From assembly GCA_030390025.1 (NCBI GenBank), contig CM059432.1, positions 6,138,001 to 6,202,000 of the forward strand: a stretch of 64,000 nucleotides of DNA. Direction: 5' to 3'. The position numbers were made by a program, and so were the translations under genes. How positions within the stretch are numbered: position 1 is the first letter of the stretch; each line of letters opens with the position of its first letter. Below the pieces are notes generated by a model. The model worked only from the letters and a program-made list of their open reading frames with translations, was not told the DNA's origin and did no database searches. The DNA comes from Squalus acanthias (taxonomy: Eukaryota). This document shows, in pieces, positions 36,756 through 49,995 of this stretch.

Positions 36756-37590
36756 CTTAAGTTTGCAGATGATAACAAAAGAGGGTGGGACAGACAAACT
36801 AAAGGGACATGAATAGGTTGGTAAATAGCATTTAATGTGGACAAAGGCAAGGTAATGCGAGTAGAAAAGGTAAAAGAACAGTGGGAATATAAACTAAGTG
36901 GCACTAGGCTATGAACGAATGTAGGAGAGATACGAGGGTATTGGTGGACAGTATAATGTGTGGTAGCAGTAACGAAAGCTAACTGGATCTTGGGATTTTT
37001 TCCCCAGAAGAATAGAGCATAAATCCCAGGTGCTGACAATGGATCTTCACAAGGCACAGATATGACAACTCCAGGATTAACATACAAAATCTAGCCACTA
37101 TACTACAGCAAAGATATGCAGGCATGGAGGCAGTGTAGAAAAGGGCAACCAAACTGGTACCTAAATGAGCTATGAGGAGAGGTTGAAAGCCTGGGAATGT
37201 TAACTCTGGAAAAGAGAAGGTTCAGGCGAGTTATTAAAAATTCTAGAATAGATAAATTGAACCCCAATAATATGTTTAAGATTGCCACAAACTCTAAAAC
37301 TTGAATCGGTGATCCCGGTTCAAGAAAGGAAAAAGGTGCACAATTTGCATTTAACTACTTTACACAGAGATGGTGCATATGTAGAATAGACTGCCCAGGA
37401 AGTCAAATAGTGTAGAATTAGAAATACATATGTGGGCAACAGAGAAGCAATAGTTTACGGGAGCAGCCATATGGACAACATAGCCTTCTCCAGTTTTAAA
37501 AAGGATCATGGCAAAAATAGAAATCATTAGACCTGTCAACTTAACAGCAAGAGAAAGTCTTTTAAGGAAATCTAGTAGAAATGCAGTCAC
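36756..37590 (+). mobile_element. Very old CR1 fragments
   Basis: aagtttgcagatgat (KFADD) and decayed ORF2 motifs. Confidence 0.6.
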
Positions 37591-39068
37591 CGGGCTGGGA
37601 CCAGTGTCCTGGCGAATCGAATAACTAGGGCTATATATAGGGCTTTAAACTAAAAAGGGGGTCGAAATCAGGTGAGGTGAAATTTAGAAATCTAAAGAGA
37701 AAAGTCAAGGCAATGGAGCAGTGTAGCAATCTGGGTAAAAATAAGCAGAGTGTGACAGGAAGAGAGAGAATTTAACGGTAATAGTGCATCAGCAAATAAG
37801 ATGAAAGCAGGCAATAATGGCAAAAAAATAAAATTAAAGGCTCTTTATTTGAATGCACAAAGCATTTGTAACAAGATAGATAAATTAGTGGCACAAATAG
37901 AGATAAATGGAGACGTGGTTGCAAGGTGACCAAGGTTGGGAACTAAATATTCCAGGGTACTTGATGTTTCGAAAAGACAGGCAGAATGGAAAAGGAAGGG
38001 GGGTAGCCCTGATAATAAAGGATGGCATAAGGACGATCGTGAGAAAGGATCTTGGCTCAGAAGATCAGGAAGTAGAATCAGTATGGGTGGAGATAAGAAA
38101 TAACAAGGGGCAGAAATCACTGGTGGGACTATTTATAGGCCCCCCAAACAACAGCTATACCGTTGCACAGCGTATTAATCAACAAATAATAGGAGCTTAT
38201 AACAAAAGTAATACAATAATCATGGGGGACTTTAATCTTCATACAGACTGGGCAAATCAAATTGGCAAAAGGTAGTCTGGAGGAAGAGTTAATGGAAAGC
38301 ATTCGAGACAGTTTCATAGAACAATGCGTTATGGAACCAACCAGGGAACAGGCTATTTTAGATCTTGTACTGTGTAATGAGACAGGGTTAATTAGTAATC
38401 TCATAGTAAAGGATCCTCTGGGGAAGAGTGATCTTAATATAATTTCAGACTGAGCTTGAGAGTGAAATTCTAAAATCCGAAATGAAAGTCTTAAACTTAA
38501 ATAAAGCCAATTACATAGGTATGAGGGGCGAGTTTGCTACGGTAGATTAGGACATTAGATTAAAAGGTATGACGGTACATAAGCAGTGACAGACATTTAA
38601 AGAAATATTCCAAAATTCTCAATGAATATACAGTCCCTTGAGAAATAAAAACTCCACGGGAAAAGTGATCCACCTGTGGCTAACTAAAGAAGTTAAGGAT
38701 TGAAATATAGTAAAAGACGAGGCTTATAATGTTGTGAAGAATAGTAGTAAGCCTGAGGATTGGGAGAGCTTTAGAAACCAGCAAAGGATGACCACAAAAT
38801 TGATAAAAAGGGAGAAAATAGAATGAGAGAAAACTAGCAAGAAATATAAAAACAGATTTTAAGAGCTTCTACAAGTATGTAAAAAGGAAGAGAGTAGCAA
38901 AAATAAGCATTGGTCCCTTAGAGGCTGAGACAGGTGAAATTATAATGGGGAATAAGGAAATGGCTAAGACTTTTTAAAAATATTTTGCATCTGTCTTCAC
39001 AGTAGAAAGCACAAAAAGCATACCAAAAATAGCGAAGAACCAAGGGGCTAATAAGAGTGAGGAACTTG

Positions 39069-39756
39069 GGGGGAAAAATTCGGTCGCGCCCCCTTTGGGG
39101 TGCTAACTTTGCCGGGGTGCTACTTTTAGCGCCCCGAAAAAGTTAGCACCCTGCGCCGTAAATTAAGTGGTAGTGCCCCAAGCAGAAGGCGGGGCGCTAC
39201 TGGAAGCGCTCCCCCTCCCTCTTGGGGCGCTACCATTCAACAGTGCCGCAGTATTACAGGCCTCCCTCCCCTGGTTAAAAGGGAGGGGCCTAGCGCAGCA
39301 TGCACCGGGGCCCTGCTGGACCACCGGGGAGCGGGGTGCCGGGAAAACAGCCCGGCACTCAAGAGGAGTGCCAGGCTGACCAATCGTGGCCGGCACCCCG
39401 CATGAAGCAGCGGGAGGGGGTAGGTGCTGGCAGGTGGCCCAATAAAAGGCCACCCGGCACCTGCCCTTTAATTAGCGCTGCCGCAAAAACGCCACCCTGA
39501 CCCTGTCAAACATATCGTCCGGCGGTAGGTCAGGAGGCGCTATCAAAGTTTGCGGTCTGGGCGCGAGCGGGGCGCTGCGCACGGCAATGACATCATCGCC
39601 GGAGGCGCAGTGCCACCGGTAACCGCCACTGCTAACGTCCCACTGAATGTCGCGTGAGGCGTTAGCGGCGCCGCGCCCGGACGCTAGGTACTTTGCACCC
39701 CATTACCGCCCCCTGGGGCGCTAACGGGAGGAGCAAAACAACCCAATTTTTCCCCC
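39069..39756. mobile_element. GC-rich PIF/Harbinger-type non-autonomous element (688 bp)
   Basis: TIRs GGGGGAAAAATTCGGT / ACCCAATTTTTCCCCC (15/16). It interrupts CR1 gaacTTAaagtaat with flanks TTG and TTA, consistent with a 3-bp TWA TSD. Confidence 0.85.
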
Positions 39757-40199
39757 TTAAAGTAATTATCAGTAGAGAAAAAGTACTGAGAAACTAATGG
39801 TACTAAAAGCCAACAAATCCCCTGGACCTCATGGCCTACATCCTAGGGTTCTAAAAGAGGTGGCTGCAGAGATAGTGGATGCATTGGTTGTGATCTTCCA
39901 AAATTCCCTAGATTCTAGAACGGTCCCAGCAGATTGGAAGGTACCAAATGTAACCCTGCTATTCAAGAAAGGAGGGAGAGAAAAAACGGGGAACTAGAGG
40001 CCAGTTAGCCTGACATCAGTCGTCGGGAAAATGCTGGAATCCATTATCAAGGAAGTAATAACAGGTCACTTAGAAAATCATAATATGATTAGGCAGAGAC
40101 AACATGGTTTTATGAAAGGGAAATCGTGTTTAACAAATTTATTAAGAGTTTTTTGAGGATGTAACTAGTAGGGTAAAGGGAACCAGTGGATGTAGTATA

Positions 40200-40564
40200 C
40201 AGGAAACTCTTTACTAACCGGCACCGACGGGACCGGCGTGGTGCCGGTTAATCAAAAAGTCCGGATAACGGAGAGTTATATCTCCCAACGTACGAGAGCC
40301 CCGTACACATTGACATGCGCCTGCATTCGGAGCTCCGTCTCCCCGGGGACCGCCAGCTGACCATCTGTCGTGTCCGCTGCCTACCCGGGCTGCACATTCC
40401 CCTCCCAATCTACACGCTCCGATACAAGGCAAACGCCTCGGGTTTTTTTTTTTAAGTTAATTTTAAACGAGAGATGAAGGAAAACCCCAGTTACCTACTC
40501 AAGAATTTTGCCGGTTAAGAGAGATTTCCGGATATTTGGGTGCCGGTTAATAAAGAGTTTCCTG
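40200..40564. mobile_element. Tc1/mariner-pogo (Tigger-like) MITE (365 bp)
   Basis: TIR CAGGAAACTCTTTA(C/T)TAACCGGCACC (25/26); TA duplicated at 40198-40199 and 40565-40566; the empty site gatgtagtatatttgg is seen at 22621. Confidence 0.9.
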
Positions 40565-41769
40565 TATTTGGATTTCCAAAAGGTATTCGATAAGGTGCCA
40601 CAAAAATGGTTGCTACACAAGATAAGGGCTCATTGGGTTGGGGGTAATATATTAGCATGGATTGAGGATTGGTTAACGGACAGAAAACAGAGAGTAGGGA
40701 TAAATGGGTAATTTTCTGGTTGGCAGGCTGTAACTAATGGGGTGCCGCAAGGATCAGTGCTTGAGCCTCAGCTATTTACAATCTTTTTTAATGACTTAGA
40801 TGAAGGGACCGAGTGCAATATATCCAAGTTTGCTGACAATACAAAGCTAGGTTGGAAAGTAATCAGTGAGGAGAACACAAACAGCCTGCAAAGGGATATA
40901 GACAGCTTAAGTGAGTGGGCAATGAGGTGCAGATGGAGTATAATGTGGGGAAATGTGAGGTTATTCAATTTGGTAGGAAGAATAGAAAAACAGAATATTT
41001 TTTAAATGGTGAGAAACTATTAAATGTTGGTGTTCAGAGATTTAAGTGTCCTCGTACAGGAAACATAAAGTTAGCATGCAGGTACAGTAAGCAATTCGGA
41101 AGGCAAATGGCATGTGGCCTTTATTGCAAGGGGGTTGGAGTACAAGAGTAAGGACGTCTTCCTCCAATTGTACAGGGCTTTGGTGAGACCACACCTGGAG
41201 TACTGTGCAGTTTTAATCCTTCTCTGAAAAGGACATACTTGCCTTCGAGGCAATACTCTCTGGAGTTCAGAAGAATGAGAGGTGATCTCATTGAAACATA
41301 TAAGATGGTGAGGGGGATTGACAGGGTAGATGCGGAGAGGTTGTTTCCCCTGGCTAGAGAGTCTAGAACTAGGGGGCATAGTCTCAGGATAAGGGGTCGG
41401 CCATTTAAGACGGAGATGGGGAGGAATTTCTTCACTCAGAGGGTTGTGAATCTTTGGAATTCTCTACTCCAAAGGGCTGCGGATGCTGAGTCGTTGAGTA
41501 TATTCAAGGCTGAGATCGATAGATTTTTGGACTCTGGGGAATCAAGGGATATGGAGATCGGGCGGGAAAGTGGAATTGAGGTCGAAGATCAGCCATGATC
41601 TTATTGAATGGCGGAGCAGGTTCAAAGGGCCGTATGGCCTACTCCTGCTCCTAATTCTTATGTTTATTCCATTTTGAAAAGCTTTTTGACAAGTTTCTAG
41701 GTCAGAGGTTAATGGCTAAAGCAGAGTCATAGAATCAAGTGCGGTGCTGCACAGAAACGTTTCAGGTTG

Positions 41770-41955
41770 TACTTGCTTAAAACCTGTTACATCTCTAACC
41801 TTTTCCAGATCTGACGAAAGGTCATCGACCTGAAACTTTAACTCTGTTTCTCTCTCTCTCTCTCCACAGATGCTGCCTGACCTGCTGAGTATTTCCAGCA
41901 TTTTCAGTTTTTATTTCAGATTTCCAGCATCCGCAGTATTTCGCTTTTGTTTCAG
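41770..41955 (+). mobile_element. Penelope-like pLTR fragment with degenerate hammerhead (41807-41843)
   Basis: ctgacgaaaggtcatcgacctgaaacttta...cacagatgctgcctgacctgctgagtatttccagcattttc. Confidence 0.8.
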
Positions 41956-41969
41956 TAGAATTTGGATCT

Positions 41970-42362
41970 TTACTCAGTGGTAGCACTCTCGCTTATGAAT
42001 CAGAAGGTCAAACCCCAGTGCAGGAGTTGAGCACATAATCTAGGCTGACACTTCAGTGCAGTACAAAAGTTGTGTTGCATTGTCAGAGGTACCTTCTTTC
42101 AGATGAAATGTCTGCCTATTCAAGTGTACATAAAAATATTCCGCGGTACTATTTAAAGAGGAACAAGGATGTATTGGCCAACATTTATCCATCAACCATC
42201 AGATTAACTGATCATTTATCTTATTGTTGTTCATAGGACCTTGCTGTGCACAAATTGGCTGCTACGTTTGCCCACGAAACAGAGACTGCATTTCATAGGC
42301 TGTAAAGCACTTTGGGGTGCCCTGAGGATATGAAAGGCACTATATAACCAAGTTCTTTCTTT
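41970..42362 (+). mobile_element. Diverged DeuSINE-like element
   Basis: Similar to 11490-11920. Confidence 0.75.
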
Positions 42363-42479
42363 TAAGAAACTGAACCAATTGACAGCCAATGAAGGCAATG
42401 TAGATAAGTGTAAAAAGAAATGGAAGTGAAGAACCAAAATAAAGAATATGTTTTTAAATGGAACAGTTAAGTAACATAC

Positions 42480-43105
42480 TTATCAAGAAAAGGATTTGGC
42501 GATTGTTGTAGAAATATCCAGAACTGAAAAAGGCATGGTATTTGTTTACATTCTCGGAATAGACTGCAACTCAAAAGAATGACTTTCTTACTGTATAAGA
42601 TGCTGGTAAGATGTCCTTTGGAGCACTGTTGCTCTGGTCACTTAGGAGGAACATTATTTGCTCTTGAAAGGGTATATCATAAGGCAACTGAGATGGCACC
42701 AAGTCTCAAGAATCTAAAGTTATGAAGAAGCTAAGTTTGTTCATAATGGAAAGAGACACTTCGAAGTGATTTAAGGGATGTTTTCAAAATGATATGAGAA
42801 GGTTTGATGAAGTTGATCCAGACAGTTTACATTCATGAAGGGAACAAAATTAGGCGGTATAAAACTCAGGGGGTAAATAGGGAATTCAAGCAGAACTTTC
42901 ACACCAAGCCTAATAAACATGTGGAATACATTACCAATGAACGCTGTTGCAGCAAACACAAATGGCTTCAAGGGACAACTAGATAAATTTCTAAAGAACG
43001 AACGGATTGTGGGATTTGGGAAGAAGCCAAGAAAGCAGAGCAACTAAAATGGAACATGTTTGTTAGACCAATCATCAATGTTTATAAAATGTCCTATGTT
43101 CCTCT
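42480..43105 (+). mobile_element. Very old CR1 3' fragment
   Basis: Decayed EKDLG / LY..LVR..LE.C / 3' UTR-like pattern. Confidence 0.55.
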
Positions 43106-44654
43106 AAGTATGGTGCTAAGTGAAAACATTTTTAACACAAATAAAATTTGATGCAACACTGAAAATGAATATGGGGCTGATGTTTTACCACAAACCACTA
43201 CATGTAACTAATACACTATGAAAGCAAAGCAGGTGAAATTTGCAAGTACAAGTTTAGTCTAACTAGCAAATCTCTAAAATGAAAAACAAATAGAAGCCAA
43301 ATCTAACAGCCCTGCAGAGCAGTTTGTGCAAAAAAAAGATCCTACAGTATCTGATTTCCCCCTGTTTTAGATTTACACAATTGCTGAGTAAAATGATTCA
43401 GCTTGACCTTGGCATACAGTAAAAGCTCCATGCACAGACTGAGATCTTAGGGATTCCTTAGACAATACCTATACAAAACACCGAGAAAGAGGAGACATGT
43501 TCCTGATTGTGGCATTTGGTAGAATTTTATCACAAACTCCATAAAATTACAATAACTAGTTCACAGAAAGCAACTGACATCTGCCAGCTATCTGGATTGG
43601 CAGCAATCCATGGCATCAGCCAGAGGTTGTTTCATCCTTTTGAGCTGCAGGGAATGGTACTGAATGTGAAATGCAATAAAATCCTATTCCACAGGTGGTT
43701 TGTTCTTTGATTCCTTCAATTGTCCAGTACTATCTGGAAAAACAAGCACTCTTTTTTTCCCCACAATTAATGATTGCTGCATCAGTGCCACTAGCCTTAA
43801 GTCACTATTAAAGTACGGTCACCAAGTGGTCACAGCAATATGATACTCAACAGAACCATTATCTTGATTGCAAACTCACATGATTTTTTACTTAATACAA
43901 GAGGAATTACAGAAACCACACAATTCAAACCAAACATCTGTCTCTTTTGTTTCTTCCTCTGAACAGTATTCTTTTAATTGTAGCCAACGAATAACCACAA
44001 CCTACTGGAAATATCTGGGCTTTTCTCCTCACTCCAATTGAAAAGGAGGTCACGAAGGACTGAATTAGCCATCACCTGAAAAATTAAGAAGACAAATTCT
44101 ATCCATCTGGAAACTCTGAATTTCCATAACTTCAACTATGTCACCCCATCTGTTCTGCAGCCTTCATCTACTATATTAATCTACTAAATAATTATCTGGG
44201 CTTCTATCCAAAGATATATCCTGTGTTTTCTTTATGAAAAACACCCATGTCTAATTCTATTCTCTTATGTTATTGCTTATAAAACTGTTGTTTAATAGAT
44301 TTTTTTTTTTAAGTTCAACCTCTGCTCTGTATGGACAGTAAAAGACAATAGCGACAAGGGCCTTTTTCCAATAAGTGCAAAAATTAAAGAACTGAATAAT
44401 TTCACAATTTTTCGCAGACTGTGGCCTCGTCCTTGCTGTCAAAAAGGGGCATCAACAGTAATTAGAACCGTAACAGCAGGGAAAGGATTTATGCCGATTG
44501 CAGTTACCTTGTTTTACAAAAGTTCCCTAGTTGTAAGGTCCCTGCGGTATATAAGGGTTTCACTTTTATTTAGCACCTGCCACCATTTTGATGTCCAGGG
44601 AAGAAAAGAAAAAAATGTTTCTTTCAAAGGTCTGATACTATTTCACATTCTTTA

Positions 44655-44918
44655 CTAGAGACGAGTTGAGGAGAATTTTTTTCACCCATAAGGGTGGTGG
44701 GGGTCTGGAACTCACTGCCTAAAAGGGTGGTAGAAGCAGAAACCCTCGTCGCATTTAAAATGTACTTGGATATGCACTTGAAGTGCCGTAACCTACAGGG
44801 CTACGGACCAAGAGCTGGAAAGTGAGATTAGGCTGGATAGCTCTTTTTCGGCCAGCACAGACACAATGGGCCAAATGGCCTCCTTCTGTGCCGTAAATTT
44901 CTATGATTCTATGATTTA
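44655..44918 (+). mobile_element. CR1 3' terminal fragment
   Basis: Near-identical to 54013-54262; ends in (ttctatga)n. Confidence 0.85.
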
Positions 44919-45704
44919 CAATTTCCTAAACACAATACTATATTTCATAAGCTGCAAGAGTAAGCAAAGATGCAACTGCTCTCAAATATTCATATTGGGA
45001 CAAAGCATTTGACTGAGCAGCATGGTATGAAATAAAAACATGTTATTAAAGAGAAAATTACTGTACCTCTATTTTCTGCAAATCTGCCAGGAACTTAAGT
45101 GGAAAGGGTCAAGCAGTTTCAGACAAAAGAAATCCCATTAATGTTCCGTAACTAACTCTGAAGCAGATGATATTTTCCACCAAAAACTGGACAAGTGAGT
45201 TTTAAATAGTTATAAAGTAAGACTTGTCTTATACCAACTTGGGAAAGGAAGTGTGATTGAAAAATAAATTGCTAGTCCATAAAATTATACCCTCAATCTC
45301 TCTCACTCCATTTTACACATTATTTCAATTATTATGGGGATGGTAAATGATATGTGTTATATTATAAGCCATGGAGTACGAGTATGTGTTCTAGTAAAGG
45401 GCTACTGTACAATTGAGTAATAACTGAATGGAACGTTCAACAGGTCCTCATAGACTTCTGGATTCCAGAATAAGTAAAACAGTCTGCAAAACCATCTGTA
45501 ATATAAATGGCTGCCAGTGTGGAATGATGAGGCCTAAATCGGAGCATAAAAATGTAGCATCCTGGTCTGGAAATGGTTACTGCAAAAGTACGTGTTAGTT
45601 CAGATGCCAACTCTTCTCTGTAAAAATACTTGAGGCTATGCCTTCTACAAGGTATCATCAAGGGAATGGTTCAATTAGAATACATAGCAATTCCCTTGAT
45701 CCTT

Positions 45705-46220
45705 TACATAGGAACAGGAGTAGGCCAATCAGCCCCTCGAGCCTGTTCCGCCATTCAATTAGATCATGGCTGATCTGTATCTCAACTCCATATCTCTTAA
45801 TACCCTGACCGAATAAAAATCTATCGATTTCAGTTTTGAATTTTTCAAATTCAACAACTTTTTAAAGAGAGTTTTCCAGATTTCCACCACCCTTTGTGTG
45901 AAGAAGTGCTTTCTGACATCACCTTGAACAGCCTAGCTCAAATTTTAAGGTTGCGCCCCCTTGTTCTGGACTCCGCCACCAGAGGAACTAATTTCTCTCT
46001 ATCCACCCTATCAAATCCTTTAATCATCTTAAAACATTTCAATTAGATCACCCATTAAACTTCTATACACAACCACACACAACCCTCGTCTCTGTAACCT
46101 GTCCTCATAATTTAACGCTTTCAGCCCCAGTATCATTCTGGTGAATCTGCGCTGCATCCTTCCAAGACAAATATATCCTTCCCAAGATGCAGTGCTCAGA
46201 ACTGAACGCAGTTCTCCAGA
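45705..46220 (-). mobile_element. CR1 3' fragment
   Basis: Reverse-complement CR1 3' UTR (ggaacaggagtaggccaatcagcccctcgagcctg) and ORF2 end. Confidence 0.85.
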
Positions 46221-47040
46221 TGCGGTCTAACCAGAGCTTTTCAGGTGGGAAAGTAAGTTGTGAGGAGGATGCAAAGAGGCTGCAAAGTGATTGGGCAAGA
46301 AGGTGGTAGCTGGAGTATAATGTGGGCAAGTGTGAAATTATCCACTTTGGTATGAATCGAAAAGCAGGACTTTTTTAGAAAGCGAGAGACTAGTAAATGT
46401 TGGTATTCAGAGGGATTTGGGTGTCCTTGTACATGAATCACAGAAAGTTAACATGCAGGAACAGCAAGCAATTTGGAAGGCAAATGGTATGTTAGCCTTT
46501 ATTGCAAAGGGGTTAGAGTACAAGAGTAAGGAAGTCTTGCTGCAATTATATAGGGCTTTGGTGAGACCACGCTCGGAGTATTGTGTACAGTTTGGGTCTC
46601 CTTACCTAAGGAAGGATAGACTTGCCTTGGAGGGGGTGCAACAAAGGTTCACTAGATTGATTCCTGGGATGAGAGGGCTGTCCTATGAGGAGAGATTGAG
46701 TAGAATGGACCTATATTCTCTGGAGTTTAGAATGAGAGGTGATCTCATTGAAACATGTAAAATTCTTACAGGGCTTGACAGGGTAGATGCTGAGAGGCTG
46801 TTTCCCCTGGCTGCAGAGTCTAGAACCAGGGAACATAGTCTCAGGACAAAGGATCGACCATTTAGGACTAAGATGAGAAGAAAATTCTTCACTCAGAGGG
46901 CTGTGAATCTTTGGAATTCTCTACCCCAGAGGGCTGTGGATGCTTACACATTGAGTCTATTCAAGACGGAGATCGATAGATTTTTGGGCACTAAGGAAGT
47001 CGAGGGATATGGGGATAGGGTGGGAAAGTGGTGTTGATGT
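46220..47040 (+). mobile_element. CR1 ORF2 C-terminal fragment
   Basis: ORF 46417-47037: GVLVHESQKV...KANGMLAFIAKGLEYK... Confidence 0.9.
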
Positions 47041-47069
47041 AGAAGTTCAGATGTAAAGTGCCAATACTA

Positions 47070-47135
47070 GAGAAGAAGAACAAGATGAACAGGAACAAGA
47101 ACAAGAAGAAGAAGAACAACAACAACAACAACAAG
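47070..47135. repeat. (GAA/CAA)n-type microsatellite at the L2 3' end
   Basis: gaagaagaacaaga...aagaagaagaagaacaacaacaacaacaacaa. Confidence 0.85.
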
Positions 47136-49720
47136 TATTTACATAGCACCTTTAATCTAGTAAAACATTACAAGGTGCTTCACAGAAGTGTTATCAAAAT
47201 TTGACTCCAAGCCACATAAGGAGATATTAGGGCAAATGACCAAAAGCTTGGTCAAAGAGGTGGGTTTTAACGAGCGTCTTAAAGGAGGAAAGTGGTGTAG
47301 CGAGATGGTGAGGTTTAGGGAGGGAATTCCAGAGCTTAGGGCCTTGGCAATTGAAGGCACAGCCACCAATGGTGGGGCAATTAAAATCGGGGATGCTTAA
47401 GAGGCCAGAATTGGAGGGGCGCAGATATCTTTTTTTTTTTTTAATGGGATGTGGGCGTCGCTGGCAAGGCCAGCATTTATTGCCCATCCCTAACTGCCCT
47501 TGAGAAGGTGGTGGTGAGCCGCCTTCTTGAACCGCTGCAGTCCGTGTGGTGAAGGTGCTCCCACAGCGCTGTTAGGGAGGGAGTTCCAGGATTTTGACCC
47601 AGCGACGATGAAGGATCGGTTCCAGGAAAAAAAGGAAACAAGGGTTGTATGGCTGGAGGAGGTTACAAAGAATAGGAAGGGGTGAGGCCACAGAGGAATT
47701 TGAAAACAAGGATGCAGATTTTAAAATTGAGGCGTTGCTTAACCAGTGTGTGTCAGCGAGCACAGGGGTGATGGGCGAACAGGACTTGGTACGAGTTAGG
47801 ACACGGGCAGCAGAGTTTTGGATGGCCTCAAGTTTATGGAGGGGAGAAAGTGGGAAGCCGGTCAGGAGTGCGTTTGAATAGTCAAGTCTTGGGGTAACAA
47901 AGGCATGGATGAGGGTTTCAGCAGCAGATGAGCTGAGGCAGCGGCGCAGTCGGGCGATGATACAGAGGTGGAAATAAGCAGTCTTAGTGATGGCATGGAT
48001 ATGTGGTCTGAAGCTCATTTTGGGGTCAAATATGACACCAAGGTTGCAAACAGTCTGGTTCAGCCTCAGACAGTTGCCAGGGAGAGGGATGGAGTCGGTG
48101 GCTAGGCAACTGAGATTGTGGCAGCGACCAAAGACAATGGCTTCACTCTTCCCAATATTTGGTTGGAGGAAATTTCTGCTTATCCAATACTGGATGTCGG
48201 ACAAGCAGTCAGATATATATCAGAAACAATGGAGGGGTTGAGAGAGGTGGTGGCAAGATAGAGCTGGGTGTCGCTGCGCTTTCGGATGATGTCGCAGAGG
48301 AGCAGCATGTAGATGAGAAACAGGAGAGCGCCAAGGATAGATCCTTGATGGACACCAGAGCCAACGGTGTGGGAGCAGGAAGAGAAGCCATTGCAGGTGA
48401 TTCTCCGGCTACGACTGGATAGATAAGAATGGATCCTGGCGAGTGCAGTCCCACCCAGCTGGACGACAGTGGAAAGGCGTTGGAGGAAGATATCATGGTC
48501 AACCGTGTCAAAGGCTGCAGACAGGTCGAGAAGGACGAGGAGGGATAGTTTACCTTTGTCACTGTCACATAAGATGTAATTTGTGACTTTGATAAGAGCT
48601 ATTTCGGTACTGTGGTAGGGGTGGAAACCTTATTGGAGGGATTCAAACATGAAGTTCCGCGAAAGATGAGCACGGATTTGGGAGGCGACAGCACGTTCAA
48701 GGACTTGAGAGGAAAAAAGAAAAAAAAACTTTTATATCGAGCCTTTTATGACCACCGGACGTCCCAAAGCGCTTTACAGCCAATTAAGTACTTTTTGAAG
48801 TGTAGTCACTTTTGTAAAGTAGGAAAAGGAGGTTGGAGATGGGGTGGTAGTTTGCAAGGGAGGAGGAGTCAAGGGTTGTTTTTTGAGAGGGGTGATGACG
48901 GCAGACTTGAAGGAGAGGGAGACAGTACCCGAGGAGAGAGAAACGTTAACAATATCAGCTAACATGGGAGCCAGGAAGGGAAGTTGGGCAGTCAACAGTT
49001 TAGAAGGATTAGAGTTGAGGGAGCAGGAGGTGGGTCTCATGGACAAGATGAGCTCGGAGAGAACATGAGGGGAGATAGGAGAGAAAGATGCGAGTTCAGG
49101 ACTAAGGCAGGGGGGAACCTTCGAGGAAGTTTGGCCCAGTGGGCTAGGGGAAGGAAGGGAAGCGGCAGAGGTAGCTGATCAGATTGTCTCAATCTTAGTG
49201 ACAAAGAAGTGCATGAACTCCTCGCACTTGTTGTTGGAGGGGAGGGTGGAGGAAACAGGGGAGAGGGGTTTAAAAAGACGGTTTGCAGTAGAGAAAAGAA
49301 GCCAGGGGTTGGTTATCTTTGCATTCCAGAATGATCCTGAAATAGTGAGCAGTTTTGGCAGACGAGGGCAGGACCCAATAGTGCTTTATGTGGTCCAGTT
49401 AGATATAGCAGTGAATGGTTAAACCAATTGTCCGCCATATCCTTTCAAGTTTGCATTCCTTGAACTTGGGCGGAGATGAGGGTCGTACTAAGGGGAACAG
49501 CCAAGGCGGGAAAGCGTAATGGTTTTAATGGGGACTAGGGCATCAAAGGTGGAGGTATGGTTGAGCAGATCGGTAGCTGCAGAAATATCGTGGTGAATAG
49601 AGGGCCAAAGGCTAGGCAGCTGTAAGTGAATTTGGAGAGAGTTTTTTTTTCAGGGGTGGACACAGAAGGAGGTAAAGTTGGGAGGGGGAAGTGGGGTGTG
49701 GGTGAATAAGAGCCATCATT
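47136..49720 (-). mobile_element. L2 LINE ORF2 (decayed) with 3' end; interrupted by a LINE tail (~47430-47625) and a SINE tail (~48715-48825)
   Basis: IVNVSLSSGTV..SFKSAVITPL; NLGVIFD; TAYFHL..IARLR..LSSSAAETLIHAFVT.RLDYSNALL.G; IQNSAARVLT; GG.AF...GPKLWNSLP. Confidence 0.9.
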
Positions 49721-49734
49721 GAACAAACTATAGG

Positions 49735-49995
49735 TTGTGATGTCTTGACCGATCTGGAGGAGTCCTATAGCCCTGAGCGGGTTTCCAGGTTTGTTGTAGT
49801 TTGTTGCATGCTCCACAATTATGCCATCCAGAGGGGCCAAGCCTGGTTCTTTCTGTGGCAGCTCCAAACAGAGGAAAATGATGAAGGGGATGAGGAAACA
49901 GAGGATAATGAGGAAGACAAAGGCCGAACAGTTCTGCCAGCTGCAAGTCGACAAATGATTAAAGAGATTGTCTTGAGCAATCCCTCCTCTCGCCA
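49735..49995 (+). pseudogene. Harbinger (HARBI1-like DDE) transposase C-terminal relic
   Basis: CLDRSGGVL, then after a frameshift YSPERVSRFVVVCCMLHNYAIQRG and an acidic tract; resembles the RFRCL...LQYSPEK...I.ACC.LHN motif of Harbinger transposases. Confidence 0.78.

Larger units (their letters stand above)
37590..41665 (+). mobile_element. CR1 LINE (end of ORF1, decayed ORF2, 3' UTR) carrying two DNA-transposon insertions
   Basis: Collinear with 18330-18970 and 21361-23820; ETWLQG, GDFN, KSPGP, GVPQGSVL; multiple stops and frameshifts. Confidence 0.92.

Noticed and set aside
39069..39756. GC-rich stretch as the STK3 promoter or exon 1 CpG island
   Set aside because: It is bounded by TIRs and cleanly interrupts a CR1 ORF2, so it is a transposon insertion.
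45705..47040. Head-to-head CR1 pieces as a twin-priming inversion
   Set aside because: Both pieces cover the same 3' region and differ substantially, which fits two independent insertions better.
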